This document shows positions 1 through 15,045 of a stretch of 64,000 bases of DNA, in pieces (the stretch's first letter is position 1; every line of letters starts with the position of its first letter). Location: contig CM022672.1 of NCBI GenBank assembly GCA_012295275.1, positions 13,206,001 to 13,270,000 of the forward strand, written 5' to 3'. The position numbers were made by a program, and so were the translations under genes. The notes under the pieces are model-generated. The model had not been told where the DNA came from. It did no database searches and saw only the letters and a program-made list of their open reading frames with translations. The DNA comes from Chrysomallon squamiferum. Its lineage: Eukaryota > Animalia > Mollusca.

Positions 1-648
1 TGCATGCAACTTGCTGAATCACCTTCACCTTGAGTACCATTCTCAACTCATACAAGATGCTATTTACAAAGTTATTAAAGATGGAAAGGCAAGTTATATA
101 GTTTATATAGGATCAGTTTTCCTCATTACACCAACTTGACTACAGCCATTGCAGTGGTATTCCATGAGTTTAGTGAACAAGGAATAGTATATCAGAGGCC
201 ATGACATGTATTTTATGTAAATGTATATAAAAAAAATATTATTATTAATTGGTAGAAGTAACTTGTGTAGGGAGAAAATGTTTTTAACTTATAAACAACA
301 AAAGAAAAGAAAAAAAAAAGAAAAAATAATTCTTCTTTTTAAACACACAATTAATATTAAATATAAAAACACTATGACCCACTCCTAACCATTTAAATGT
401 AAATCTGTTTGTTATAAAAAGGCATTGTACAGTCTTTTTTTTTAAATAGAAATCATAACTGTTAAGACAGGACATAAGGAAGCTTTTTGCAGGTAGACAG
501 CCTAGGTTTTTCAAAGCATATATAAACATTCAAATTGAAAATATAAATTATATATTTTCTCTCTCTGTTGTAGGTTTGCACTCATGACATGGGAGGTTAT
601 GCTTCGACTACAGATATGACTCGAGCAGTGATTGAAAACCTACAGTGA
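1..648 (+). CDS. IDH3B: NAD-dependent isocitrate dehydrogenase subunit beta, last two coding exons (5' part outside the window)
   Basis: Exons <1-88 and 574-648 translate ACNLLNHLHLEYHSQLIQDAIYKVIKDGK|VCTHDMGGYASTTDMTRAVIENLQ*, matching the IDH3 beta C-terminus (HLNLEYHS...GKVRTRDMGGY). The intron 89-573 is GC-AG. Confidence 0.85.
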
Positions 649-3600
649 TACATAGCTGTTAGGCAGTGATAAATTTAAAAAAAAAAAGAAAAAAAAAAAG
701 AAGTAAATAAACCACACGTTTGATTAATGCTCATGAGAGATTAGTTTTTATGTTAACCAATTTTACCAAGTAAACTGTGCTTTTATGTCAGTAGTTTTCA
801 AATACCTTTCATAAATGGAACGTAACAGAAAATAAACATCAGAGAAACATAATTAACATTGTGCCCCTTTACTGTTTTGTGCTGTAAGTAAAGTGCTTAA
901 TATTAAGTGCTGAATTGCTATTATAATGTATATTTTGAGTTTTTGTGAAATCTCACTAGTTTTGGATGCTTAATTGTTAACGCACAAATCATGAATTAAA
1001 CTTGTTTCTTTTTTATTATTTGTTTGTACCTGTTACATTTTATATGAATGTTGTATATTTGTTATCTCATCATGAATATACATGTGAGAATTGTACATAA
1101 TAAAAAAAATGTCCTATATGTTTATTTGTTTTTATTATTATTTATTCTTTATCATTGTAACTATCCACCAATAAACTTATGAAATGAAGAGTTAATGGAG
1201 CCAATAAAAGTTATTTGAAATGAATACATTTCAAATTATTATAAAAAAATAATTTGTAGCTTGAAAGCTTTAGTTGTGCATTTTTCATAATTCCTTAGAA
1301 ATGTTATTGTAAATCTCATTTTATTTTCAAGATAAAGTATTATGACAAAATACATTATATAAATATGTATACACACACAGTTTTTGTTTGTGGCACTAAA
1401 TTTTTTCACAATTCACAAAGATAAAATGGGTTTAAAATATTATTTTCTTATAAATAATGTACCATTTAAAACAATGTTTTGAAAGAACAAAACTAGATAA
1501 AGGGATATTATCTGAAGATGAATCAAATGGCCTCATTCTATTAATATAATAAATTATGAAGATCAGCCAAACACACTGAAGAAAACCCCACAAAACAATA
1601 TTAATGACTGTGTTTCAACATATCAGTATCATTAATCATAAAAATAAATTATTATTTAGACATTTTATCTGTTTCATGTTCTTTTGGTTTACTGTTTGAC
1701 CTTAATAATAATCAGCTTGAAAACAACAGATGTGAATATTAAATAAAGAAGTTTTTATTATTTCACAATCACAAAACATTGCATAAAAATAACATTTAAC
1801 CTGTTATAGTGATATTAATATGGTTTAAAAATTGACACAATGACAGAACAAATAAAAACATATGAAGTTGAAGAGTTATAGATCTTGTTTTAACAACATA
1901 AGAATTATATTTAATGTTTCTCATTTAACAAGTTGATTTTGGGCGGTTTTTGTTTCTTCTTTTTTTTTTTTTAAATGTCAAGAGATTAAGGTGCAGTTAA
2001 GGTCATGAGTCCCATATTTAATTTTTGTAATATAGATGGTTTTTGGAGCAATTATAACATTAAGGGGAAATTTTTTTTTTTAAAATAGCAAATTATCAGA
2101 TCTGTTACTTAAAATGAAACAATATATTCTACGTAATATATACACATTATTTTTACAACATCAAATTTTGAAACAATGTTTAGTGGACTAGTGTACTTTT
2201 TTTTTTCATTCATATCAGGTGGTGGCGACCAGTTGTTTATATATAAAAATATTTCTAAAATGACACCCATATACATGGCTAGGTTCATGTTATAATTCAC
2301 TGATGATCAAGAAAATGAAAAAAAAAAAAAAAAAAAAAAAGTAAATTCTCAGACATAAGGGTTAATGTATAAATATTTTAAACCATAATACATTGTGTTT
2401 TTAATGATTTTATTGTGGCTTCTCCAAATTATTTTAAGTCTGAAACAAGTTATTCTGCAGCATATACTATCAGCAGAAGTGTACAAATCATGAGATATAA
2501 ATCAAACCTTGACAAGCTAAAAGTGATTTGTAAACACAAAATACACACTTATGTAAAAAAATATTATATGTTACTAATCATCCAGGCAATTGTTTTATAA
2601 AAAAAAAATCTCACAAAACATTTCACTGAATCCAAAACAGATTAATACATTGTTCATGTCCCTGCAAATTATTTGATTGTAGGCATTGCTGTGATAATGG
2701 AAAAAAACCAACAGAAAAGGATTTTTATTTTTTTTAAATATATGATACAAACTTGAAGTAAAAATGAATTAGACGTTCATATCCATAACATTCAGATGTT
2801 AAAAACAAACTGAAGTAGTTATGTAATATTAAAGCCTGAAGCAGACATGATGGAGAACAAACAACACAGGAATTTTATTAACAATACAGAATAAAACCAG
2901 TTACACGTACTGTAATAATCAAATAACAAATACCATCATAACAGGGTTTTTTAAAATCATACATTTTGAAATGAATTTTAAAAAATTAAAGCATATATTT
3001 ATATTTTGTTTTATATATATATCAATAAGTCAAACATCAAGGAATCAGAAGACTAAGGACAAAACTAAAGCCTGTTATAATATATTCATGTCTTTATAAT
3101 AAGGAGATGTATTAACTGTCAAATCAAACTCAAGAAAATGTCACTAAAAAAGAGAAGAAAAACAAAAAAGACTAGTATGAGGTTACTCAGTCAAACTGGA
3201 TAAAAATTACTTTTTTATTTATCTTCATTAAAAAATATTTAAAAATTAAAAAAATAAAAAAAATAAAATGTTCTTTCTTCTTATTAAATACAGCATTAGT
3301 ATGGAGAAAATATAATATTTTTTAATATCATTATATGGACGGAATATGTTTAAATTAAAATAAAATATTTTTTTTTAAACACAAACAAAATTCACAGCTG
3401 CATTCAAGAAACTTGAAGTATGATAAAAAAAAAAAAAAATCATTGTTTCAAATTATTGTAAGTTGTGACCAATGCATGATTAGTTAATTATTACCAATAA
3501 GAAAATGGGAAAAAACAAACAACCCTGAAATCTATATAATAGCTGAATTAACTAAATAGTTTTAAAAAAAGGAAAACAAGAAACCACTTAGATAAAATTC

Positions 3601-4452
3601 TCATATACAAACTATTAACATAAAATGCACCAAAACCTTGGCTATCACTTGAATGACAATGACTGGACAATCTTAATGAAAAATACATCAGTTTATTTAT
3701 GCTTTGGTAAAACATTTTAACCGATTTACATCCATGGAATTAAGACAAAATGGCACACCAAGAACTAAATACACGTTTTCCTCTAAAATTTCCTATTTGA
3801 CAAATGAGTCCAGTGTTACACCAAACATCAAAACAAGAACCAGCTTCATACACAAACATGATGATCAGCAACATCAAGGTGATACCACATGACGCTGAGG
3901 TCAGATTTTACAAGTGAAAATAAAAAAATAAAAAAAAATCTCAATTATCTGTGTAGTCTTGTGTCAACAGTGATCACAGCCAGATGCTATTATGACAGCA
4001 AGGGCATATAGGTCATGATACTGTGCAATCCTTGGTATGCAGCAAGTATAATCTATATTAAATATTAAGAAACGATTACCATTCCAAAATGCTTTGGTCT
4101 CGTCTGAAATGAAGCTGAAACACCTGTTGTTTGTTTTTTTATCTAATACAAAATTTAATATAATTAATAGCATCTGAATAGCTGATGCCCTTTTTAATCA
4201 TAAACATCCACTCTCTTGAAAAACATTTCTAAACAGCAAATTTTTTTTAAATTTTAAAACGATTCAGTAATGTAATCCCCTTCTGTTAATAAACATGTCT
4301 TCATAGTAAGTCATAAATCTGTACCTGTTTTTACTTATTATTATTTTAAAAGAATCTAAGATCCAGTGCACTGAAAACACAAGGATTACACAGTACGTTG
4401 TGAATACAATGATTAGAATAAAAATGATGTAGTCAGAGTGATAATAAAACAT

Positions 4453-7082
<2,630 letters not shown>

Positions 7083-7108
7083 TTTTTGATGAAAGAAAAA
7101 AGCGTCGA

Positions 7109-7137
7109 ATTGCTTGTAGCAACTACGCGTGACGTCA
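7109..7137. promoter_or_regulatory. RFX X-box-like site plus CRE palindrome in the ARL3/SFXN divergent promoter
   Basis: ATTGCTTGTAGCAAC at 7109-7123 and TGACGTCA at 7130-7137 in a local CpG-rich patch just upstream of the ARL3 ATG exon. Confidence 0.55.
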
Positions 7138-7881
7138 AAATTTTTCAGCACAAATATATTTTTTAGTGCTAAAGATTTAGCCAAGGGACATAATATAATG
7201 AACGCATTCGAAAGAAGGGTGGAAATAATTAACAATTTCATCTTCACCAATAGGTAGTTCTGTTTTATGTTAAGCATTAAAGCCATTCATAATAACACTG
7301 ATAACATTTGACATAGTAATTACTACAAATAGTTAAAAGTTGATAAATTATTTTTGAGATATACTGGAAAATTGACATTATTCTTCGAGCGTAATGCTTG
7401 AGTAACTTGATAGCACATGAAATGTCGAAATATTTCAAAACACGTTTCAACATATTTGTAGAAGATTTTTATTATCCTTGAACACAGTTATTTATAAACT
7501 TTACTCTGTTAACATACCCACATATAAAAAGACAATATGTAAATACTGGTAACCAAATTATTTCGACAAATCTATAGGAATAAATTTATTTAAATAAATC
7601 ATCTTTAAAAGATAATATAATTAAAATTATAAATATTATAAATAAAAATTCAATAAAAGGGTTACAATTTCAGTTTATAACAATTGAAAGAAAATATTTG
7701 CAGCCCAGTAAATGATATTAATATTTATTTTCTTATTTATTTATTTTTTCTTTAAATTACTCATGAATAGTAGTATTATTCTCTTTTATTTGTTAATCCT
7801 ATATGTCTCTTTCAATAATATCTTCTTATATATATATATATATATATTTTTTATTTTCAGTTATTAAAAAAAAGGAAAAAG

Positions 7882-8996
7882 ATGTCTCTTCACAGAATAA
7901 ATTTAGATGTTCCTCGCTGGGATCAGTCAAATTTTATTGGTCGCTTCAAACACTTCTTGTGGATCACTGATCCTCGACTAAGTATGATTTCTACCAAAAA
8001 ACTCTTAGAAGCAAAATCTTTGCTTGAGAAATATAGGTATATTTATAATACTTCAAAATACTATTAATTATTTAGATTTATCCTTTGATGATGCCCTTTC
8101 TAAAACCTTTTATAATGGATTGTACCCCACCAAATTAATGTTTGATGTTTGATTTGTTATTACTGTTTTTGTGGTATGTGTGTGTGCGTGTATGTGTGTG
8201 TGTGTGTGTGTTTGTTGTGTATGTGTGTGTATGTGTGTGTATATGTATATATATATAAATGTATGTATGTATGTTTAAACCAGTGGTGTGCAGAGGTCTG
8301 GTGATGCCTGGGGCCAACTTCTTTATTGGATGACCCTAAAGACTCATGTATAAGGCCAAGTACTGAGAAATATTATGAGAAAGGAAGATATTTTGAATAT
8401 GTAAACACAATAAAACATAAAATAAACTTTATTTGATTTAAATATAAAAGAACCAAATTTATTAAGTTCTTTTCTCTGATTGGATTCTGCCCCACATTTG
8501 GATGTCCGGGTCCACTGCCCATTCGGCCCCCACCCTCTGCATGCCACTGGTTTAAACAATGTGTGTGTGTGTGTGTGTGTGTAAATAAGTATATATATAT
8601 ATATATATATAGCAGTGGTCTCCCCATCATTTATGAAAGGGATGGGAGGAATCAATGTAACTGGTGGAAGTTAAATGAAGGGAGGGTACAGAAAATTTTG
8701 AGGGTTTATTTTACTAGCAATTAAATAAAATCAAAGTGCCTGTTTAATTTATTATACAAAACAAAGTTCACTAAATAAACGGGTGGCAGATATTGTTGCA
8801 CTTGCCAACAAATGGCAGGCCAGTCATCTCTTACAGTAGGTAGCGAGATCTCTGATACAGTTATTCATATATATATATATATAACTATATGTAAGCATGA
8901 ATTATGTGTTTGTGTATGTGTGTGTGTGTATATGTATGTATGTATGTATATATATATATATATATATGTATTCATACATATGTGTGTACATATGTA

Positions 8997-9035
<39 letters not shown>

Positions 9036-12000
9036 TCATACATATGTGTGTACATATATATATATATATATATACACACACATATATATATATATATGGT
9101 TTTAACATTGTAGGAGACAGGAGGAACCACCTGGTACTGATGACACCACAGTAAGAAGAGCTCAACAGTTATTCCTGTCAGCATTCCACCCTGACACTGG
9201 AGAACTACAGAATTTCATGGGAAGGATGTCTTTTCAAGTACCTGGAGGATTTCTTTTGATTGGTGCAATGATCACATTTTACAAGTAAGCCAGATTTTGA
9301 TTGGAAGATGAGGAGCAGTTACACGTAAGCTTGACCTCCATTGGTTGTGGATATTATTAAAATTATTTATTCCACTTATGTTGTTAATGCTATAATGTAT
9401 CCATTTAAGAAAAATACAATAAAAAAAATAAAAATAAAAATTATTTATATATATATATATATATATATAAGTAAATGTTATTAAATAAATACATATATGT
9501 TAAGAAAATTAATAAATAAATAAATAATAATAAACAAAAAATATGTAAATAAATGAAAGAATAAAAAATAATAATAATAATAATAAAAAAATTAAAATAA
9601 AATAAATATATAAATAAAATATAATAAAGATTTACTATCGATTTTATCTTCCAGTTTTGGGAGATTTATATTCAAAACAATTGATTATTTGCAGAAATAT
9701 TTAAAACACCCACTTAATTCAGCAATTAAACCTTTCAAAGAATTGTTCTTGTGCAGTTTGAAAATGAAAAAATAAAAAGACAGGTATAATGAAAAAAAAG
9801 AGAAAAGAATAAAGGTCATATTTAGATTGGCTAATTTTGTGACAATATTGTTTTCAATAAACAGGTTGTGTTTTGGCATATTTTTCAGATTGGCTACATT
9901 TGAAATTGACAATATTGTTTCTTGAAAAACAATAAACAAGTCAGCTGTTATCTTGTTTTGGTTAGTGGTTACCTTGCTGAAAACAATGAAACAAGTTAGT
10001 AAAATTGAGTTACTTTCAATGAAACAAGTTAGTAAAATGAGTTATCTTGCTAAAAAAACAATGAAACAAGTTAGTAAATTGAGATATCTGTCTGGAAACA
10101 AGTGAAATATTATCTTGCTAAAAACAGTGAAACAAATTAGTAAATTGAGTTATCTTTGCTAAAAAACAATGAAACAAGTCTGTGAAACAAGTTAGTAAAG
10201 AATTATCTTGCTAAAAACAATGAAACAAGTTAGTAAAATGAATTATCTTGCTAAAAACAAGTGAAACAAGTTGGAAAACAAGTTAGTAAATTGAATTAAA
10301 ATGAGTTATCTTGCTAAAAACAGTGAAACAAGTTAGTAAATTGAATTATCTTGCTAAAAACAATGAAAAAGTTAGTAAATGAGTTATTTTGCTAAAAACA
10401 ATGAACAAGTCTGGCAAAATGAGTTATCTTGCTAAAAACAATGAAAAACAAGTCAAGTTAGTAAATCTGAAAAACAATGAAACAAGTCTGTTATCTTGCT
10501 AAAACAATAAAACCAGTCTGGTTAAATTGAGTTATCTTGCTAAAAAATAAAACAACAAAACAAGTTAGTAAATTGAGTTATTTTGCTGAAAACAATGAAA
10601 CATGTTAGTAAATTATTATCTTCCTAAAAACAATGAAACAGTTGAAAAATTGAGTTATCTTGGAAAAACAATAAAATGTCAATAATGAAATAATTGTTAG
10701 ACTGAACTGTCTTTTTTGCTAAAAACAGTTTAAATAAAAAAAAAAAACAAGTTAAATCAGTGATAGAAAATTATTTGTAAAAACTTAGTTGTCATGTTAA
10801 AAAACAATGAAAAATCTGTAGTAAAACTGTTATCTTGCTAAAAAAATGTTTTTAGACTGAGCACTGAATTGGCTTGTTAAAACAATGTAAAAAATAACAA
10901 AATGTTGAGTAAATCTTGTCAAATCAATGAAAGAATTATATTTGTAGGATTGAGTTGGTTTGTTAAAACAATGGGGAAACAATGGGGAAAATAATGGAAA
11001 AAAATGATTTGTAACACTTCTTTTTTAAAACTTGTTTTGAATGTTATTTATATCATGTTATATTCAGTAGATCAGTAAATACAGACACTCACTGACATGT
11101 AGATCCTGTTTACATAGATCCATACTTAGGTTGCAATTCCATGACTTTATTTTAAATTTGATAATTAATATTTTTATGTCTTTGTCACATACTTGCACTC
11201 TGTATGATACGCTTTGACATAAATTTAAACTTCTGCAGAGTTTTGATAATTTAAGTGACTATCTAAAATCTTTAACAAAAAATTCTTTGTTTTTATTATA
11301 ACTATTTTATTTTTTTTTATTTTATGAGAAGACAATTTTTATTGCAGACAGTTGGCAGTAGCTTATGTTAGTGCTACAACCAGTGCCCTAGTTACGGCCC
11401 TTGGTTTGAAATCTTATCTAGCAACTGTAAGTACTTCTGCCTTTTAAAAAACATAAATAAATCTGTTGTATTCCATTATATCAAGAAGTTTGAAAAGAGG
11501 AACTTATTAAAATGAATCTTTTTAGAAGATATATATGTGTGTGTGTGTGTCTGTGTGTGTTTGTGTGTTTTTTGTGTTTTTATCATTTTAACATTTCACA
11601 TCTGGTGATTTGGAATGACAACTCAGATGCTATTGTTCTGTTACAAATTTCTTTTTTGAGAAATAATTGATATCTTTCAACAGCTGTCAGTATTACTTTC
11701 AAAGCATTCATTGTATAGCTTATTCAGTATTAATTGTTGATACAAACATGGTTTTAAATACCAGATGTTGTGGTTTAGTTCAATTTAATTATGTGTACAG
11801 ATGAATCAAACACTATTTTTATAGATTTTTTACTGTATTTGTACTAAAAGCCAGTGTTTGCTAATAATAATGTTGACAATAAAATAATATATGAGGATGG
11901 ATTGAGCTGGTGTTTTTTCTTTAATTATATTATTTCATACACAGATAATATTCAAAAATAATCAGTAAATATTTACACATTTGTTATATTCTTGCTATTA

Positions 12001-15000
12001 TCAGTGATATATTATATATCTTCATATAAAATAACAATAAAAGAGAAATGGCAGCCTCCACATATTCTCACACACTGTCACATTAAAAACAAAATTTTTA
12101 AGGTAAAATATTGAAAAGAAACAAAAAATGAACAACTCGTTGTTTTTGAGTCACTGAAGTCCTAATTATGCATGAGTTTAATTGTAATAATTATATTACA
12201 GACTTAATTTCTAATAATTGTTTAATCTGATGTTTTGTGGGATATATTTTATTTCATTTTGTTATTATTGTTGGTTTCTCAGAGAGCTCCGCCCCTAGTT
12301 CAAAGATTTGTCCCATTTGCAGCAGTAGCTGCAGCTAACATGGTGAATATACCTTTAATGAGACAAAGGCAAGTTTTAATTGACAGATCTCCACAAACAC
12401 ACATGTATACTTCAAATGTACTGGAAATAACAAAAAGCAAATATTTTTGATGTATTTGAAATATCAAAAGACACACATTTTTCAGTGTTACTGGAAAAAA
12501 ACATTAAATAAATATTTTTAGTGATTTGAAAATACTGTAAGGTACATATTTCCATTGTAGTTGAAATACCATAAAAAACATTATTTTCAGTGTACTAGAA
12601 ATATAATAATACACATATGCTTTCATTCTGAGGATAATTTTATCATCATAATAAACATACTTTGAATGTGTTGGTGGTGTCAGTATACACATTTTCAGTA
12701 TACAATAAAATAATATGTATTGGTAGCATCATAATATACATGTATACTTTCAACTGTAATGCACAAAATTAAATCAGAAATATAAAAATTGTAACAGACT
12801 TGTTACTATGTTAGGAAATTGTCTTTCAGCATGCTTTGCAAATACAAATAGCATTCAAATATTCTTTCTGAAACAATAACATTAGAAAACCGATTGTAAT
12901 ATAAAGAAATCTAATAATTATGTTATTAAAAATATTTTTTATTTATAAAATTCAAATATTCTAAATTGTAGTGAGTTAAAGAATGGTGTCCCGGTCTATG
13001 ATAAAAATGGAAACAGAGTTACAGAGTCCAAGGTATGTTTATGTACACTGGATGTTTTGTTTAGAAATAACTAGGGCCTGCCAAGATCTCGTCTTTTGTT
13101 TTTTAATCCATTTTTTCTTTGTACCGCTATCAATTATAGACATTGTAATATCAATATTCTCTATGTTAATGCTTTTCAGGAAATTGATTTTAAGTACCAT
13201 ATCATTATAATATTATGTTAATAAATTTGTAACAAAATTTAAATTGCCCAGACATTATCTTGATAAATTTTGCCTTTGATTCAAATAGTATGCTGCTCTG
13301 AAAGGAATCAGTCAGGTTGTGTTTTCAAGAATTATTATGGCAGCACCAAGCATGAGTAAGTGACAGACATTTCAAAAACAATCAAAAACAAATCAAATAT
13401 ATTTGCATTTCGAGATGACAAACATTTTTATAATTTTAACAAATAAACAGTTGTACTTTCTTTTTTTTTTTTTTTATATTATTCTGCAGGATGATTGTAA
13501 GATGTCAGTCTCTTCAAATTTCACACTTACATCATATATGTTTTTATCTGTTATTTAGTACAACAATAATAGTAATTATGTGTGTTTGTTGTTGCTTTTG
13601 TAAATTAAATAACAGTGATAAATTTGTTTGAACAAAAAATAAACAAAATCAAACAGAGCAATAAACAGTTAACAAGCAAATAAATAAATAAATAAAAACA
13701 ACAGATAAAAGAAAACAAACAAAACAAAACAAAACAAAAACGTTAAGAAGCAAACCTGTAAAAATATAAAAATAAAATAATATTACTATTTTCAGCCCTG
13801 CTGCCATTGCTGATGGAAAAGCTGGAAAAGAAGGCTTTCTTGATAAAGTATCCTAAAATGATTGGACCTTTACAGACTTTTCTTTCTGGAGTTATGTATG
13901 TCAAGATTCAAAATAATAACAGTAGTTATAACAACAACCAGAACAACAATAATACCCAATAACAAGAATAAAAACAACAACTACAATGATAATAATAATG
14001 ATGATGATGATGATGATGATGATGTAATACTATTTTTCAGTTAACACATTTCTGGTAAAATTAAAATTAAAAAAATAATGAGATAATAAATACAGTGTGT
14101 TATTGTTTGCAGTCTTCTGGTTATGACTCCTGGTGGATGTGCCATATTTCCTCAAAAATGGTAAGTAGCATCGTGTTTGATTCCTAGATTCTTTATACAG
14201 AAAACCTAAAAATTATGCTTCCTCTCATTCATTAAAACAATACAGGTACTGAACCATTGATCTTGCAAACTTGGGCTCAGAGGTGGTCTGGATTTGTTTT
14301 CTTGTCAAATTTGTGGATACAGGGTAAATGTGTCTTTAAAATATCAAATAAACAATAAAAAAATATAATTTGAAACAGTATTTAACAGATTCGAATTAAA
14401 ACACTTTTAGAGATGGGTCTTTTTGATCTTTATTAATCCACTTAAAATTCTTAAAACCTGTGTACAGAATACCTACGCCATATGTAAGATGGAAATTAAT
14501 TAAAGAAAAGTAAAGAACATAATTTTATTTCAACAGGTACAAATTAATACACTTCTTAATACAGTTCTAACAATACCACATATATCTAATGAAAATTAAC
14601 TGAAGAAAAAAAAAGTATATAATTTTATTTAGCAGTTATTCATTGCACCTGCAGATGTATATAACAACTTACTGTGAGAAGATCTGCAAATAACAGGGTC
14701 ATTTAAACTGGCATTGTTCAACACTTATGTCATGGGAATCAAAACAAATTTGTAAGAAGTCTGATTTTTTTTAAAATAGCTGATTTTCTGGATTTCTGGA
14801 AGCCAGATAAATGGTTAAATACTTCAATTACGGATAATGTATTTACAAATTACCCTTCTCTGACATACATGGAAATCATTGTTATGAATAGAATAGAAAG
14901 GAATATTGATTAAGCATGAAATTTTCCTTTCAGTTCTATGCCAACAGAAAGACTGAAATTGTTAGACAAGGAGAAGTTTCTAGAAGTTAAACAGAAGTAT

Positions 15001-15045
15001 GGAGACAACATACCAGAAAGATTATACTTCAACAAGGGTCTGTGA
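7882..15045 (+). CDS. SFXN2: Sideroflexin (SFXN2-like mitochondrial carrier); one expected internal exon is not visible
   Basis: Exons 7882-8036, 9114-9284, 11348-11426, 12283-12368, 12972-13032, 13289-13355, 13796-13895, 14113-14160, 14934-15045. Motifs [48 protein letters not shown] and SFQxPGG point to the SFXN2 subfamily. Confidence 0.9.
8281..8549. mobile_element. hAT-family MITE (269 bp)
   Basis: TIRs CAGTGGTGTGCAGAGG / CCTCTGCATGCCACTG (14/16 match) flanked by an identical 8-bp TSD GTTTAAAC at 8273-8280 and 8550-8557. Confidence 0.85.
8613..8854. mobile_element. Possible older degraded MITE
   Basis: Imperfect terminal inverted repeats CAGTGGTCTCCC / GCGAGATCTCTG (9/12) bound a GC-richer segment between microsatellites; no clear TSD. 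Confidence 0.3.
8866..9097. repeat. Compound (TA)n/(TG)n microsatellite
   Basis: Alternating TA and TG tracts; similar tracts at 5205-5300, 8175-8270 and 8560-8611. Confidence 0.9.
9910..10990. repeat. Degenerate tandem repeat (minisatellite), unit about 40 bp
   Basis: Consensus GTTATCTTGCTAAAAACAATGAAACAAGTTAGTAAATTGA repeated roughly 20+ times with many indels, in an SFXN intron. Confidence 0.9.

Noticed and set aside
8135-9184. Cluster of overlapping ORFs rich in Y/I/C/V/H/T
   Set aside because: They are translations of (TA)n/(TG)n microsatellites in an SFXN intron.
9910-10990. Repeat array superficially resembling a CRISPR array
   Set aside because: Units are contiguous and degenerate with no unique spacers, in a eukaryotic intron with no cas genes.
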